A DNA stretch of 64,000 nt from an uncultured bacterium (lineage in GTDB: Bacteria; Acidobacteriota; Thermoanaerobaculia; Multivoradales; JAHZIX01): the NCBI GenBank assembly GCA_965368975.1, contig CBDUPA010000017.1, positions 64,001 through 128,000 on the forward strand, read 5' to 3'. A program made the position numbers and the translations under genes. A model generated the notes under the pieces. It had not been told where the DNA came from, ran no database searches, and worked only from the letters and a program-made list of their open reading frames with translations. Positions 28,645-36,650 of the stretch are shown here, one piece after another; the first letter of the stretch is position 1; each line of letters starts with the position of its first letter.

Positions 28645-29053
28645 GCCGAGGAACCCACCGGACCGGATGTCTTCTGGACCCCATATCTGGCTGTGGTTCC
28701 TTGGGGGATCCCTGCGGCTGCCTAAAGGACTCACTACACTGATCCAGGAGAACAGTGATCAGTGCTGGCTTTCGCCCATCTCGATTTGGGAACTTGGAGT
28801 CTTGGTCGACCGAGGACGGCTGACGTTAGACACGAGCCAGGAGTCCTGGGGCCGAAGCTCCCTGGAGAAGCTACCTCTGCGCGAGGCACCGCTGACGCGC
28901 GACGTGGCGCTCGGGGTGCATTCCTTGCAGTTCGAGCATCGAGACCCGGCGGATCAGTTTCTGGCTGCGACCGCACACTGCCTGGACCTGACCTTACTGA
29001 CGGTCGATTCCCGGCTGACAGCGCTGACTTGGTTGTCGACCCGCTCGAAGTAG
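28641..29053 (+). pseudogene. PIN-domain (VapC/PilT-like) toxin with a -1 frameshift at the catalytic LLD(T)H motif
   Basis: ctt ctg gac cc cat atc tgg = LLD-(2 nt)-HIWLW. Downstream SPISIWEL, HRDPADQFLAATA and LLTVD are intact PIN motifs. Confidence 0.7.
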
Positions 29054-29088
29054 CTGAGAGCTGCGGCTACAAGGCAGGCGGCTGAACC

Positions 29089-29703
29089 CTACCCGTGGAC
29101 CGTCGGCGCCACCCCGCCCTTGGCGGAGAGATCCCGCTCCAGCTCCAACCACGACCGCCAGCGTACTTCCAGCTCGTCCGCCGGTAGTTCGCGCTGCGCT
29201 AGCTTGTAGAACATCTGCCAATGACGCTTCTCGGCCGGCCCGAGATCCAGGAGGAGGCGGGCGACTTCCTCGTCGCGGGATTGCAGGACGCGCAGCAGGC
29301 AGGTGAAGCGCTCGCAACTACGGGCCTCGATGAGAGCGCCGAGGCAGAGGCGGTCGACTTTGAGCCACTTCTGGTCGCTTGTTTCCAGGTGACGGCGGAG
29401 ACCCTGGACCCAGGGGTTGGCGCGCTTTCTCGACAGGGGCCAACCACGACGGCGGAGGATGGTCACGACGCGTCGGAGGTGAGACACTTCCTCGGCCGCC
29501 AGGGCCGACATGCGCTCGACGAGGTCTTCGTCGTTGGGATAGTGCCCGACCAGGGAGAGGCCGAAGACGGCCGCCTGTTGCTCACAGATCGCGTGGTCGG
29601 CGAGGAAAGTCGGCAGATCAGCGGCGGCCAGCTCGGCCCAGCGGCTGGGAGTGGTCGAGAGCAAGGGGAGTTCACGGGCCAGCTCTTCTTCCGTGGGGAT
29701 CAT
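29089..29703 (-). CDS. miaE: tRNA-(ms2io6A37) hydroxylase (ferritin-like di-iron)
   Basis: DHAICEQQAA, EEVSH, LIEARSCERF and EKRH motifs. AGGAGG precedes ATG 29703. Confidence 0.85.
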   Translation of the reverse strand: MIPTEEELARELPLLSTTPSRWAELAAADLPTFLADHAICEQQAAVFGLSLVGHYPNDEDLVERMSALAAEEVSHLRRVVTILRRRGWPLSRKRANPWVQGLRRHLETSDQKWLKVDRLCLGALIEARSCERFTCLLRVLQSRDEEVARLLLDLGPAEKRHWQMFYKLAQRELPADELEVRWRSWLELERDLSAKGGVAPTVHG

Positions 29704-29726
29704 GGACGCATCCTCCTGGTTTTCGC

Positions 29727-32294
29727 TCACCATGCCTGGCTGCAAGCTCCCCAACCTTCGGGCAACCACTCCTCCGATGCCTGTCCACCGATCGGGGATC
29801 CCGGCGGCGCTGGCAGGGCGGTCGGTGGAGCGACGGTGGCCGTGGGCAGGCGTTCGAAGAAGCGTTCGATGACGCCGGAGAGGGTGGCGCGGTGGGCTTC
29901 GTCCACGGCGCCGAAGGCAGCGACACGTCCCAGCCGCTCGAGAATCTCCGACAGCGCTTGCTCAGCGCGGGCGCGTACGGCGGGTGCGGCGGTGGCATCG
30001 TCAGCGAGGTGAATCAGGTGGTGCGTGGCAACGACCTGGATGGTACGTTGGATTTCCTGCAACCGTGGCGTCAAGGGGGCGTGCTGGTGACTTGAGCTGC
30101 TCTGGCCGTCGTCGTGCGCGCCGTCCGGGAAGAGGGTGTGCAGGAGTTCTTCGAGCACCTCCTCGAAGCCGGGTAGGTTGGCATCCCGGCGGTGGAAGTC
30201 GACCAGGCGGGCGGCCCGCTGCGGCTGCAAGAGTTCGTGGAGCGTCAGCTCCGTGGCTGTCGCGGCGGCGGCGAGCGGGTCGAAGACGGGGGTGGTGTGA
30301 CCGTTGAACAACTCTCGGTTCGGGTTGAAGTTGGCTGGGCGCGGTAGTAGCAGGGCCAGGACGTCATCGCTCAGGTCGAGTTCCACCGGGTCGAGCGTCC
30401 TGAGCAAGAGAGCGAGCGCGCGCCTCTGCTGGGCGGGGTCGACCGGCTTTGCGGGCGGCAGGTCGTCGCCGCGCAGGGTATAGCGGAAGTCGAGGCCACC
30501 CAGGGATTTGGCGGTAGCGGCGAGCTGATAGCGGTGGTGGAAGTAGACCGGAGCCAGCACTTCCTGCAGCAGCGACAGCGGCTGACCTTCGGCGATGCGA
30601 TCGGCGCCGAAGCGATCAAGAGCCAGGCGGCGTACCCGCAGCGCGTGTTCCAGCTCGGCGACGGTGTCGCTGCCGTTGTCCCATAGACTGCCGAGCGGAT
30701 GCGCGGCGTAGGCCGGGCGCGCGTCCTGGTCGGCGACGAAGAGCAGGCCGCGTTGCTGGTTCTCGGCCAGGATCTTGGCCAGGCCCGCTGCTTCGTCCTC
30801 GGAGTCGAAGGCGGTGTAGCTGTAGCGGACCGCCTGTACGTCCCAGGCACCGAGGCCGACGCCGTACGCCTCGGAGAGGTCGAAGTCGCCGTCCGCCGTG
30901 ATCTTGACCAGCGGTGCTGGGTAGTCGAGCACCGAGCCGCGACCGTAGGTGCTGGCGGCGAAGTTGTGGTCGAGGCCGAGCGCGTGGCCGACCTCGTGCG
31001 CGGCGAGCTGGCGGATGCGCGCCAGGGCGGCTTCGATCGGATCGTTGGGACCGCCTTGGCCGGTCGCATCGGCACCGACCAGACCTTCGAACAGCAGCCG
31101 ATCCTGACGTACGCGCAGTGAACCCAGGTTGACGTGGCCCTTGACCATCTCACCGGTGCGCGGGTCGACCACGCCGCCGCCGTACGACCAGCCGCGCGTC
31201 GAGCGATGCACCCACTGGATAACGTTGTAGCGCACGTCGAGCGGGTGGACGTCGGCGGGCAGCATCTCGACCCGGTAGCCGTTCGGGAAGCCCGCCGCCT
31301 TGAATGCCTCGGTCCACCAGCTGGCGCCCTCGAAGAGGGCCGAGCGCACCGGTTCCGGCGTGCCCGGGTCGAGGTAGAAGATGATCGGCTCGTCCTTGCT
31401 CAGCCGGTGACGGATCACCAGGCGCCGTTCGATCGAGTCGGCGAGCGGCGCGCTGTAGTCGCTGTAGCGCACATCCGAGGCGCCGCTGCGCGGGTGCCAC
31501 GCACGCGGTCGGAAGCCGTCGGCATCGGGCAGGCGCACGAAGCTGTGATGCTGCACCAGGGTGAAGCTGTTCGAGTCGGGCACCGTCTGCCGCACGTGGA
31601 CGCCCGGTTCGCCGCCTTGGAGGCCGTAGGTGAGCACCACGTCGAGTTCCAGGTTGTCGGGGAAGGCGAGCAGATGGTCGAAGTCGACCACGCTGCGGCC
31701 AGCGTCGAGCGCGTAGTTGCCGTGACCACCGGCCTTTAGTTTCCGGCTGATGCCATGGGCGTCGCGCAGCAGGAAGGAGGTTACGTCGACCAACAGCCTG
31801 CCATCCTCGGCACGCGCTTCGATTGGCCCGGCCCACAGCACCGATGGGGCGAACGACTCGCGCACCGCCTGCTGCTCGAGCGCGTTGTCGCTGCTGGCGC
31901 GGAAGCGCAGGTTGGGCTGCTCGATCAGCAGCTTGCCGCCGACGTGGCGCAGCCGCAGGATCACCGCCGAGCTGATCTGGCCGCGGTCGAAGCCCACGGG
32001 GTTCGAGCCAAGTCCGGCGACCAGCCCCTCGGCATAGAGGAGCTCCGCCACCTGGCCATCCTCGCCGGGCGCCGGTAGCTCGAAGAAGACCTTGCCGGCC
32101 TCGGCGTCGAGATGCATCGGGAACAGACCGTCGCGTAACTGCAGGCCGGCGATCCGCTGCTCGAAGGTTGGAGGATCGTCCTTCGCGGGAGCTTCCGGAG
32201 TGGCAGGTTGGCCCAGAAGCAGATTGGGGAAGATGAGGCAAAATGCGAGCAGGCAGAACACGCAGGTTTGGGGAAGGCGGGTCGTCGGCGTCAT
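29727..32294 (-). CDS. Secreted zinc-dependent metalloprotease (DUF5117/DUF4953, EcxA-like)
   Basis: Signal peptide, HEVGHALGLDHNF zinc motif, SVLDYP Met-turn-like motif, DPRTGE. Confidence 0.88.
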   Translation of the reverse strand: MTPTTRLPQTCVFCLLAFCLIFPNLLLGQPATPEAPAKDDPPTFEQRIAGLQLRDGLFPMHLDAEAGKVFFELPAPGEDGQVAELLYAEGLVAGLGSNPVGFDRGQISSAVILRLRHVGGKLLIEQPNLRFRASSDNALEQQAVRESFAPSVLWAGPIEARAEDGRLLVDVTSFLLRDAHGISRKLKAGGHGNYALDAGRSVVDFDHLLAFPDNLELDVVLTYGLQGGEPGVHVRQTVPDSNSFTLVQHHSFVRLPDADGFRPRAWHPRSGASDVRYSDYSAPLADSIERRLVIRHRLSKDEPIIFYLDPGTPEPVRSALFEGASWWTEAFKAAGFPNGYRVEMLPADVHPLDVRYNVIQWVHRSTRGWSYGGGVVDPRTGEMVKGHVNLGSLRVRQDRLLFEGLVGADATGQGGPNDPIEAALARIRQLAAHEVGHALGLDHNFAASTYGRGSVLDYPAPLVKITADGDFDLSEAYGVGLGAWDVQAVRYSYTAFDSEDEAAGLAKILAENQQRGLLFVADQDARPAYAAHPLGSLWDNGSDTVAELEHALRVRRLALDRFGADRIAEGQPLSLLQEVLAPVYFHHRYQLAATAKSLGGLDFRYTLRGDDLPPAKPVDPAQQRRALALLLRTLDPVELDLSDDVLALLLPRPANFNPNRELFNGHTTPVFDPLAAAATATELTLHELLQPQRAARLVDFHRRDANLPGFEEVLEELLHTLFPDGAHDDGQSSSSHQHAPLTPRLQEIQRTIQVVATHHLIHLADDATAAPAVRARAEQALSEILERLGRVAAFGAVDEAHRATLSGVIERFFERLPTATVAPPTALPAPPGSPIGGQASEEWLPEGWGACSQAW

Positions 32295-32524
32295 GACGGG
32301 ATCTCCTCCGAGGCTTCAAGTCTGGGCGCCACGCGGGATGGTGGCGGAAGGTCGAGAGCGGGATGCTATCGCATCTTGAGGCGGCTTAGTTTTCGGTGAA
32401 TATTTAAATTGAAATATCTGCATCCGGATCTTGACGATATCGATACTGGTTTGCGCGTTGAATGGCATGAAGACGCTGTGGCTGATGCCAACAGCAGAGA
32501 ACAACCAACCTTTGGAGACTCGAA

Positions 32525-33310
32525 ATGAGATCTATCTCGATGGGTGCGATGGCGATCCTGGTGGTCCTTCTTGCCGGGGCCTTGGCGCTTGCGGGCGCGA
32601 TGCCTGCCGGCGCCACTACGCTGCTGCGGATGAATGCGGGGAATCTGATGGACTCGGCGGAGCTGATCTTCGTCGGCGAAGTCCTGGACGTGAGCTCGGT
32701 GCCGGTTGCGGACGGCTCCTATGCCTTCACCTTTGTGACTTTCGACGTCAGCGAGACGCTGAAGGGAGAGATCGACGGGACGCAGTTGGCGCTGCGCTTC
32801 GATGGTGGTCAGGTCGGCGACCGGGTCATCGAGTACGAGGGCATGCCGACCTTCCAGCCTGGGCAGCAGGTACTGCTGTTCGTCGAGGGCAACGGCAAGG
32901 TCGGGTGCCCGGTTCTGGGCTGGTGGCAGGGGCGCCTCGACTTCGTGTCCGGTCCAGACAGCTCGGTGCTGGTGGATTCCTTCGGTGGAATTGTCACCGG
33001 AGTGGCGGATGGTGAATGGCTGCGAGTCGCTCCTGAGGAACTGCTGGAGCGTCAGCGTTCACCTCGGAGCGAGCCGAGCGTCGAAGTGCTTTGGACCGAC
33101 GGCGTGGAGATCGAAGCTCCGGCCGAGGACGCTGTGCGTCAGGCGCGCTTGGCGGATTCGGTGGAGGTGCTGGAGGCGCTGCGTACGCAGCTGCGCGCCC
33201 GCCGCACGGAGAAGAGCTTCCAGCGCGGCGTGCGGGTCGAGTCGGCATACACCGACGAGATTCCCGCGACCGTCGAGTTCCGACCCACGACCGCGCCGGT
33301 GGCGCAGTGA
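32525..33310 (+). CDS. Secreted hypothetical protein (ATT...AELIFVGEV family, often associated with matrixins)
   Basis: Signal peptide followed by ATTLLRMNAGNLMDSAELIFVGEV...GGQVG...GMPTFQPGQQVLLF. Confidence 0.7.
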   Translation: MRSISMGAMAILVVLLAGALALAGAMPAGATTLLRMNAGNLMDSAELIFVGEVLDVSSVPVADGSYAFTFVTFDVSETLKGEIDGTQLALRFDGGQVGDRVIEYEGMPTFQPGQQVLLFVEGNGKVGCPVLGWWQGRLDFVSGPDSSVLVDSFGGIVTGVADGEWLRVAPEELLERQRSPRSEPSVEVLWTDGVEIEAPAEDAVRQARLADSVEVLEALRTQLRARRTEKSFQRGVRVESAYTDEIPATVEFRPTTAPVAQ

Positions 33311-33339
33311 TGCTGGGTTTCCCAGCAAAGGAGTTAGCC

Positions 33340-34752
33340 ATGAAAGCTCGTATTCTGCCTCTGGCTCTCGTCATCACATTCGGTTTGGTTGTCGCCGCGC
33401 CGGTCCAGGCCTATGACTGGCCGACTTGCAGCGGCAACAAGAGAGTGTGGAATGACGGAGACAACATCACCTATCGTCCCTTTTCGGTTTCGTTCCCATC
33501 CGGATCTGGATCGCGCGCCGCGTTGGAAGCGGCTCGCTCAGCTTGGAACAGTGCTCCCAACACTGAATTCAATTTCAACTTCAGCTATCTCAGCAGCGGG
33601 TCGTCCGGCTGGACCAACGACCGTAATGAGATCCTCTATACCTCGGACTACAGCTGGGGCAACTGTGTTCTGGCAGTGGAACGTACGGACTACAAGAGCT
33701 GCATCTGGCCCTTCTGGGGAGGAAAAATCAAAGAATCGGATATCTACTTCAGGACTAATCCCGTCTGCGGAACTACATCGCTGTCCTGGAATACGTCGAC
33801 CACGCCGAATGATCCGACTTCTTTGGATACGAACATCAGCCTGGCACTCGTCGCGGTCCACGAGATGGGCCATTCGCTGGGCCTCAGCCACGAGGATGAC
33901 GTCGTGGCGACGATGAACTCCGTCTACCCGAACAGTGGCGTTGTCAGCAACAACAACTTGGTGCAGCCGCACGCCGATGATGTACTGGGTAATCGGGCCG
34001 GCTATGGAACCACGGGTTCCACGCGGGATCTGATCGCTAGCTTCTACCGCCGAACGACGGCCGGCAACTCGGGCTTCATTACTCCGCCTGGCACGGTGAA
34101 TCGCAATACACCGACCTCGGTGCAGTTCACCATCGCCAATCGAGGCAAGATCAACGAGACCTCGGTGGGCGTGAAGTTCTATCTTTCCACCGATCGCACG
34201 ATCACTTCTGCCGATCACCTAGTGGGCTCAGCGGGCTTTTCGATCAACGCTGGCACGACCTACACTGGTTCGGTCAGCTTGAACATCCCGTTCGGCACGA
34301 TTCCGTCCGGCAACTACCATTTCGGCTGGATCGTCGATCCGGAGAATTACATTGCAGAAGGTTCGTTCGAGAACAACAATGTGGCGAGTTTGCCTGCAAC
34401 GTTGTTCCTGTCCAACCTACAGCCGCCGAACGCCTGCTTCACCCTCAATACCACCTTTGGCGAAGCGCCCTTGTGGGTGAACGCCAATGCCTCGTGTAGC
34501 TCGGACGATGGCACCATCACTAGCTATACGTGGACCTGGGGAGACGGCACCACTGGTTCGGGCTCTTCGGTGTGGCATACGTACAACAACGCTGGCTACT
34601 ACACGGTCACGTTGACGGTGCGTGACAACAACAACCTGACGGACTCGACGACGAAGTTCGTTCAGGTGACTGCTCCGTGTGGACCGCTGGGGATCAGCGG
34701 CGAGGCGGGTTCCGACAAGCTCAAGGAGCCTTGTCTGATCCCATTCGAGTAG
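33340..34752 (+). CDS. Secreted matrixin (M10-like) metallopeptidase with CARDB-like and PKD domains
   Basis: AAGGAG RBS before ATG 33340. Signal peptide ends VQA. HEMGHSLGLSH plus ATM Met-turn. C-terminal SSDDGTITSYTWTWGDG...HTY...YTVTLTV is a PKD domain. Confidence 0.88.
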   Translation: MKARILPLALVITFGLVVAAPVQAYDWPTCSGNKRVWNDGDNITYRPFSVSFPSGSGSRAALEAARSAWNSAPNTEFNFNFSYLSSGSSGWTNDRNEILYTSDYSWGNCVLAVERTDYKSCIWPFWGGKIKESDIYFRTNPVCGTTSLSWNTSTTPNDPTSLDTNISLALVAVHEMGHSLGLSHEDDVVATMNSVYPNSGVVSNNNLVQPHADDVLGNRAGYGTTGSTRDLIASFYRRTTAGNSGFITPPGTVNRNTPTSVQFTIANRGKINETSVGVKFYLSTDRTITSADHLVGSAGFSINAGTTYTGSVSLNIPFGTIPSGNYHFGWIVDPENYIAEGSFENNNVASLPATLFLSNLQPPNACFTLNTTFGEAPLWVNANASCSSDDGTITSYTWTWGDGTTGSGSSVWHTYNNAGYYTVTLTVRDNNNLTDSTTKFVQVTAPCGPLGISGEAGSDKLKEPCLIPFE

Positions 34753-34759
34753 GCCCCCC

Positions 34760-34793
34760 GTGGCCCGGAGTCCTCGTGGTTCCGGGCCACTTT
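34760..34793 (+). terminator. Probable intrinsic terminator between convergent genes
   Basis: gtggcccgga-N11-tccgggccac followed by ttt. Confidence 0.6.
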
Positions 34794-34810
34794 GTGGAAT
34801 CTTGCAGGAT

Positions 34811-35956
34811 TCAAGCCCGGGTGGCTCTTGACTGCAGCGCCGCGATGCCGTACGCCGCCGCCATCAACACCAACAGTCCCGACGCGGCAGCATACGCCCC
34901 GGAGGTACCCCAACGCTCGATGATCGGGAAGCCGGCGATCGGTGAGACGAACTGCCCCAGGAAGATGGCGGTAGTCAAACCGCCGAGGACACGCCCGCGC
35001 AAGGAAGCCGGCGCGGCGGCGGTGGCCCACAGGTTGACGTTGGGGATGCACAGTCCCATGCCGACGCCCGCGACGGCGAGAGCGACGAGTACTGCCTGGT
35101 AGGTCTCGGCGGCGGCCAGCAAGCCATAGCCAGCGGCCATGAAGACGAAGGCGAAGGCGAAGAGGGCAGCGAAGTCGAAGCGTCGGCGCAGGCGGCCGTA
35201 GGCGAGGGAGCCGAAGGCCGAGACCAGCGTGAAGCCGGCCATCGCCAGGCCCGCGCGGCTGCTGCTCGGGATGCCGAGGTCGAGCAGGTGAAAGGGCAAC
35301 TGGACCGGCACTAGGTAGAAGACCACCATGCCCAGGAAGGCGACCAGGTAGAGAGAGCCGAGGAGGCGGCGGGGCAGAGCGGCGAGATCGTCGGCGCTGG
35401 TGGTCGAGGTGGTGAGGCGGCCGGGTTCGGTGATGAAGAGCAGCATCAAGGGCAGCAGGAGCAGAGAGAAGAGATAAATGCTGAACGGCACACGCCAGCC
35501 GATGTCAGCGAGGATGCCGCTCATCCCGAGGAAGGTGACGCCGCCCAGGCCGGTGAAGGCGCCTTGACGCCCCATCATCTCGGAACGTTGATCACCTTCG
35601 TAGTAGTCGCCGATCAGTGCCGTCACCGTCGTCAGCACGGTGCCGACCGCCACGCCCAGGAAGGCGCGGCTGACCAGCAGCCATGGCAACGAGCTGAGCA
35701 GCCCGCCACCGGCTCCGGCGATGCCGTAGAGCAGCGTCGCGGCGAGCAGCACACGCCGACGACCGTAGCGGTCGATCGCCCAGCCGGCGATCGGGGACCC
35801 CAGGGCGGTGAACAGCGCCGGGATCGTCAGCACCAGCTTGATCCAGATGTCGGACGCGTCGCTGTAGAAGGCGGCGATCTTGGGCAGCGCCGGCGCCAGC
35901 GCCGCGCCGGCCATGACGGTCAGAGTGCTGGCGAGCAGGAGGGTGAGTTGTTTCAA
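34811..35956 (-). CDS. MFS transporter
   Basis: About 12 hydrophobic helices. GWAIDRYGRRRV is MFS motif A. Confidence 0.9.
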   Translation of the reverse strand: MKQLTLLLASTLTVMAGAALAPALPKIAAFYSDASDIWIKLVLTIPALFTALGSPIAGWAIDRYGRRRVLLAATLLYGIAGAGGGLLSSLPWLLVSRAFLGVAVGTVLTTVTALIGDYYEGDQRSEMMGRQGAFTGLGGVTFLGMSGILADIGWRVPFSIYLFSLLLLPLMLLFITEPGRLTTSTTSADDLAALPRRLLGSLYLVAFLGMVVFYLVPVQLPFHLLDLGIPSSSRAGLAMAGFTLVSAFGSLAYGRLRRRFDFAALFAFAFVFMAAGYGLLAAAETYQAVLVALAVAGVGMGLCIPNVNLWATAAAPASLRGRVLGGLTTAIFLGQFVSPIAGFPIIERWGTSGAYAAASGLLVLMAAAYGIAALQSRATRA

Positions 35957-35961
35957 GGGAG

Positions 35962-36363
35962 TCAGGCGGTCCAGTCCTCGATTTCGAGTTCCGGTACACG
36001 GCTGAATTCGGAGGTGTTGTGGGTCACGAGAGTCTGGCCGTGGGCGCGAGCGATGGCCGCGATCATCAAGTCATTGGGGCCGATCAGCGTGCCGCTCTTG
36101 GAGAGGTGAGCCTTGATCGAGCCGTACTCGTCGGCGCTGGCTGGATCGAAAGGAAGGATTTCGAATCTGGATGTGAAGGTGCGGACCTTCTCGAGTGTGC
36201 GTGCCGGGATTTGACTCTTGTACGCACCGTAGAGCAACTCCGCGAGGACGACAGTGCGGAGGGTCACGTCCTCGGGGCGGACGAGTTCCAGGCGTTGACG
36301 AATCTGCTCAGAACGTCCGTTGAGGTAATAGATGCAGGTGTTTGTGTCGAGCAGGTAGGTCAC
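35962..36363 (-). CDS. vapC: VapC PIN-domain toxin
   Basis: GTG start, YLLDTNTCI, ELLYGA, IGPNDLMIAAIA, LVTHNTSEFSRVPEL. Confidence 0.9.
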   Translation of the reverse strand: MTYLLDTNTCIYYLNGRSEQIRQRLELVRPEDVTLRTVVLAELLYGAYKSQIPARTLEKVRTFTSRFEILPFDPASADEYGSIKAHLSKSGTLIGPNDLMIAAIARAHGQTLVTHNTSEFSRVPELEIEDWTA

Positions 36364-36590
36364 TGCAGGGACTCGCGTACCTCGAACGTTCCTTGATCGC
36401 CCCGCTCGATCGGAGTTTGAGCCAGACACCCGTAGGTGTTCGCAATGAAGGCCTGCCAAGTCTCATCACTCTGCCTCGCATGCCGGGTGAGCGCAGCCGG
36501 TTGCTCCAGCGCGACAATGATGCGGTACAGCACGGACAAGTCCTCGTCGCGCACCTTCTCGATCTCGGTCTTGAGTAGTTCTCGTGTCAC
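36360..36590 (-). CDS. Putative antitoxin (76 aa) upstream of vapC
   Basis: (M)TRELLKTEIEKV...FIANTYGCLAQTPIERGDQGTFEVRESLQ. Its stop overlaps the vapC start (GTGA). GGAGG lies upstream. Confidence 0.7.
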   Translation of the reverse strand: MTRELLKTEIEKVRDEDLSVLYRIIVALEQPAALTRHARQSDETWQAFIANTYGCLAQTPIERGDQGTFEVRESLQ

Positions 36591-36650
36591 GATTGCTGGA
36601 TCCTCCGTCTGGTCGCCGAGTTTACACCCTGACGGTACAATACCTACGCT

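Noticed and set aside
28454-29053. Intact 199-aa PIN protein as given by the ORF track
   Set aside because: The N-terminal 70 aa are not PIN-like and the catalytic LLD lies in another frame, so it is treated as a frameshifted pseudogene.
19600-29100. att sites or target-site duplication bounding the island
   Set aside because: No convincing direct or inverted repeat, tRNA or recombinase gene was found by eye.
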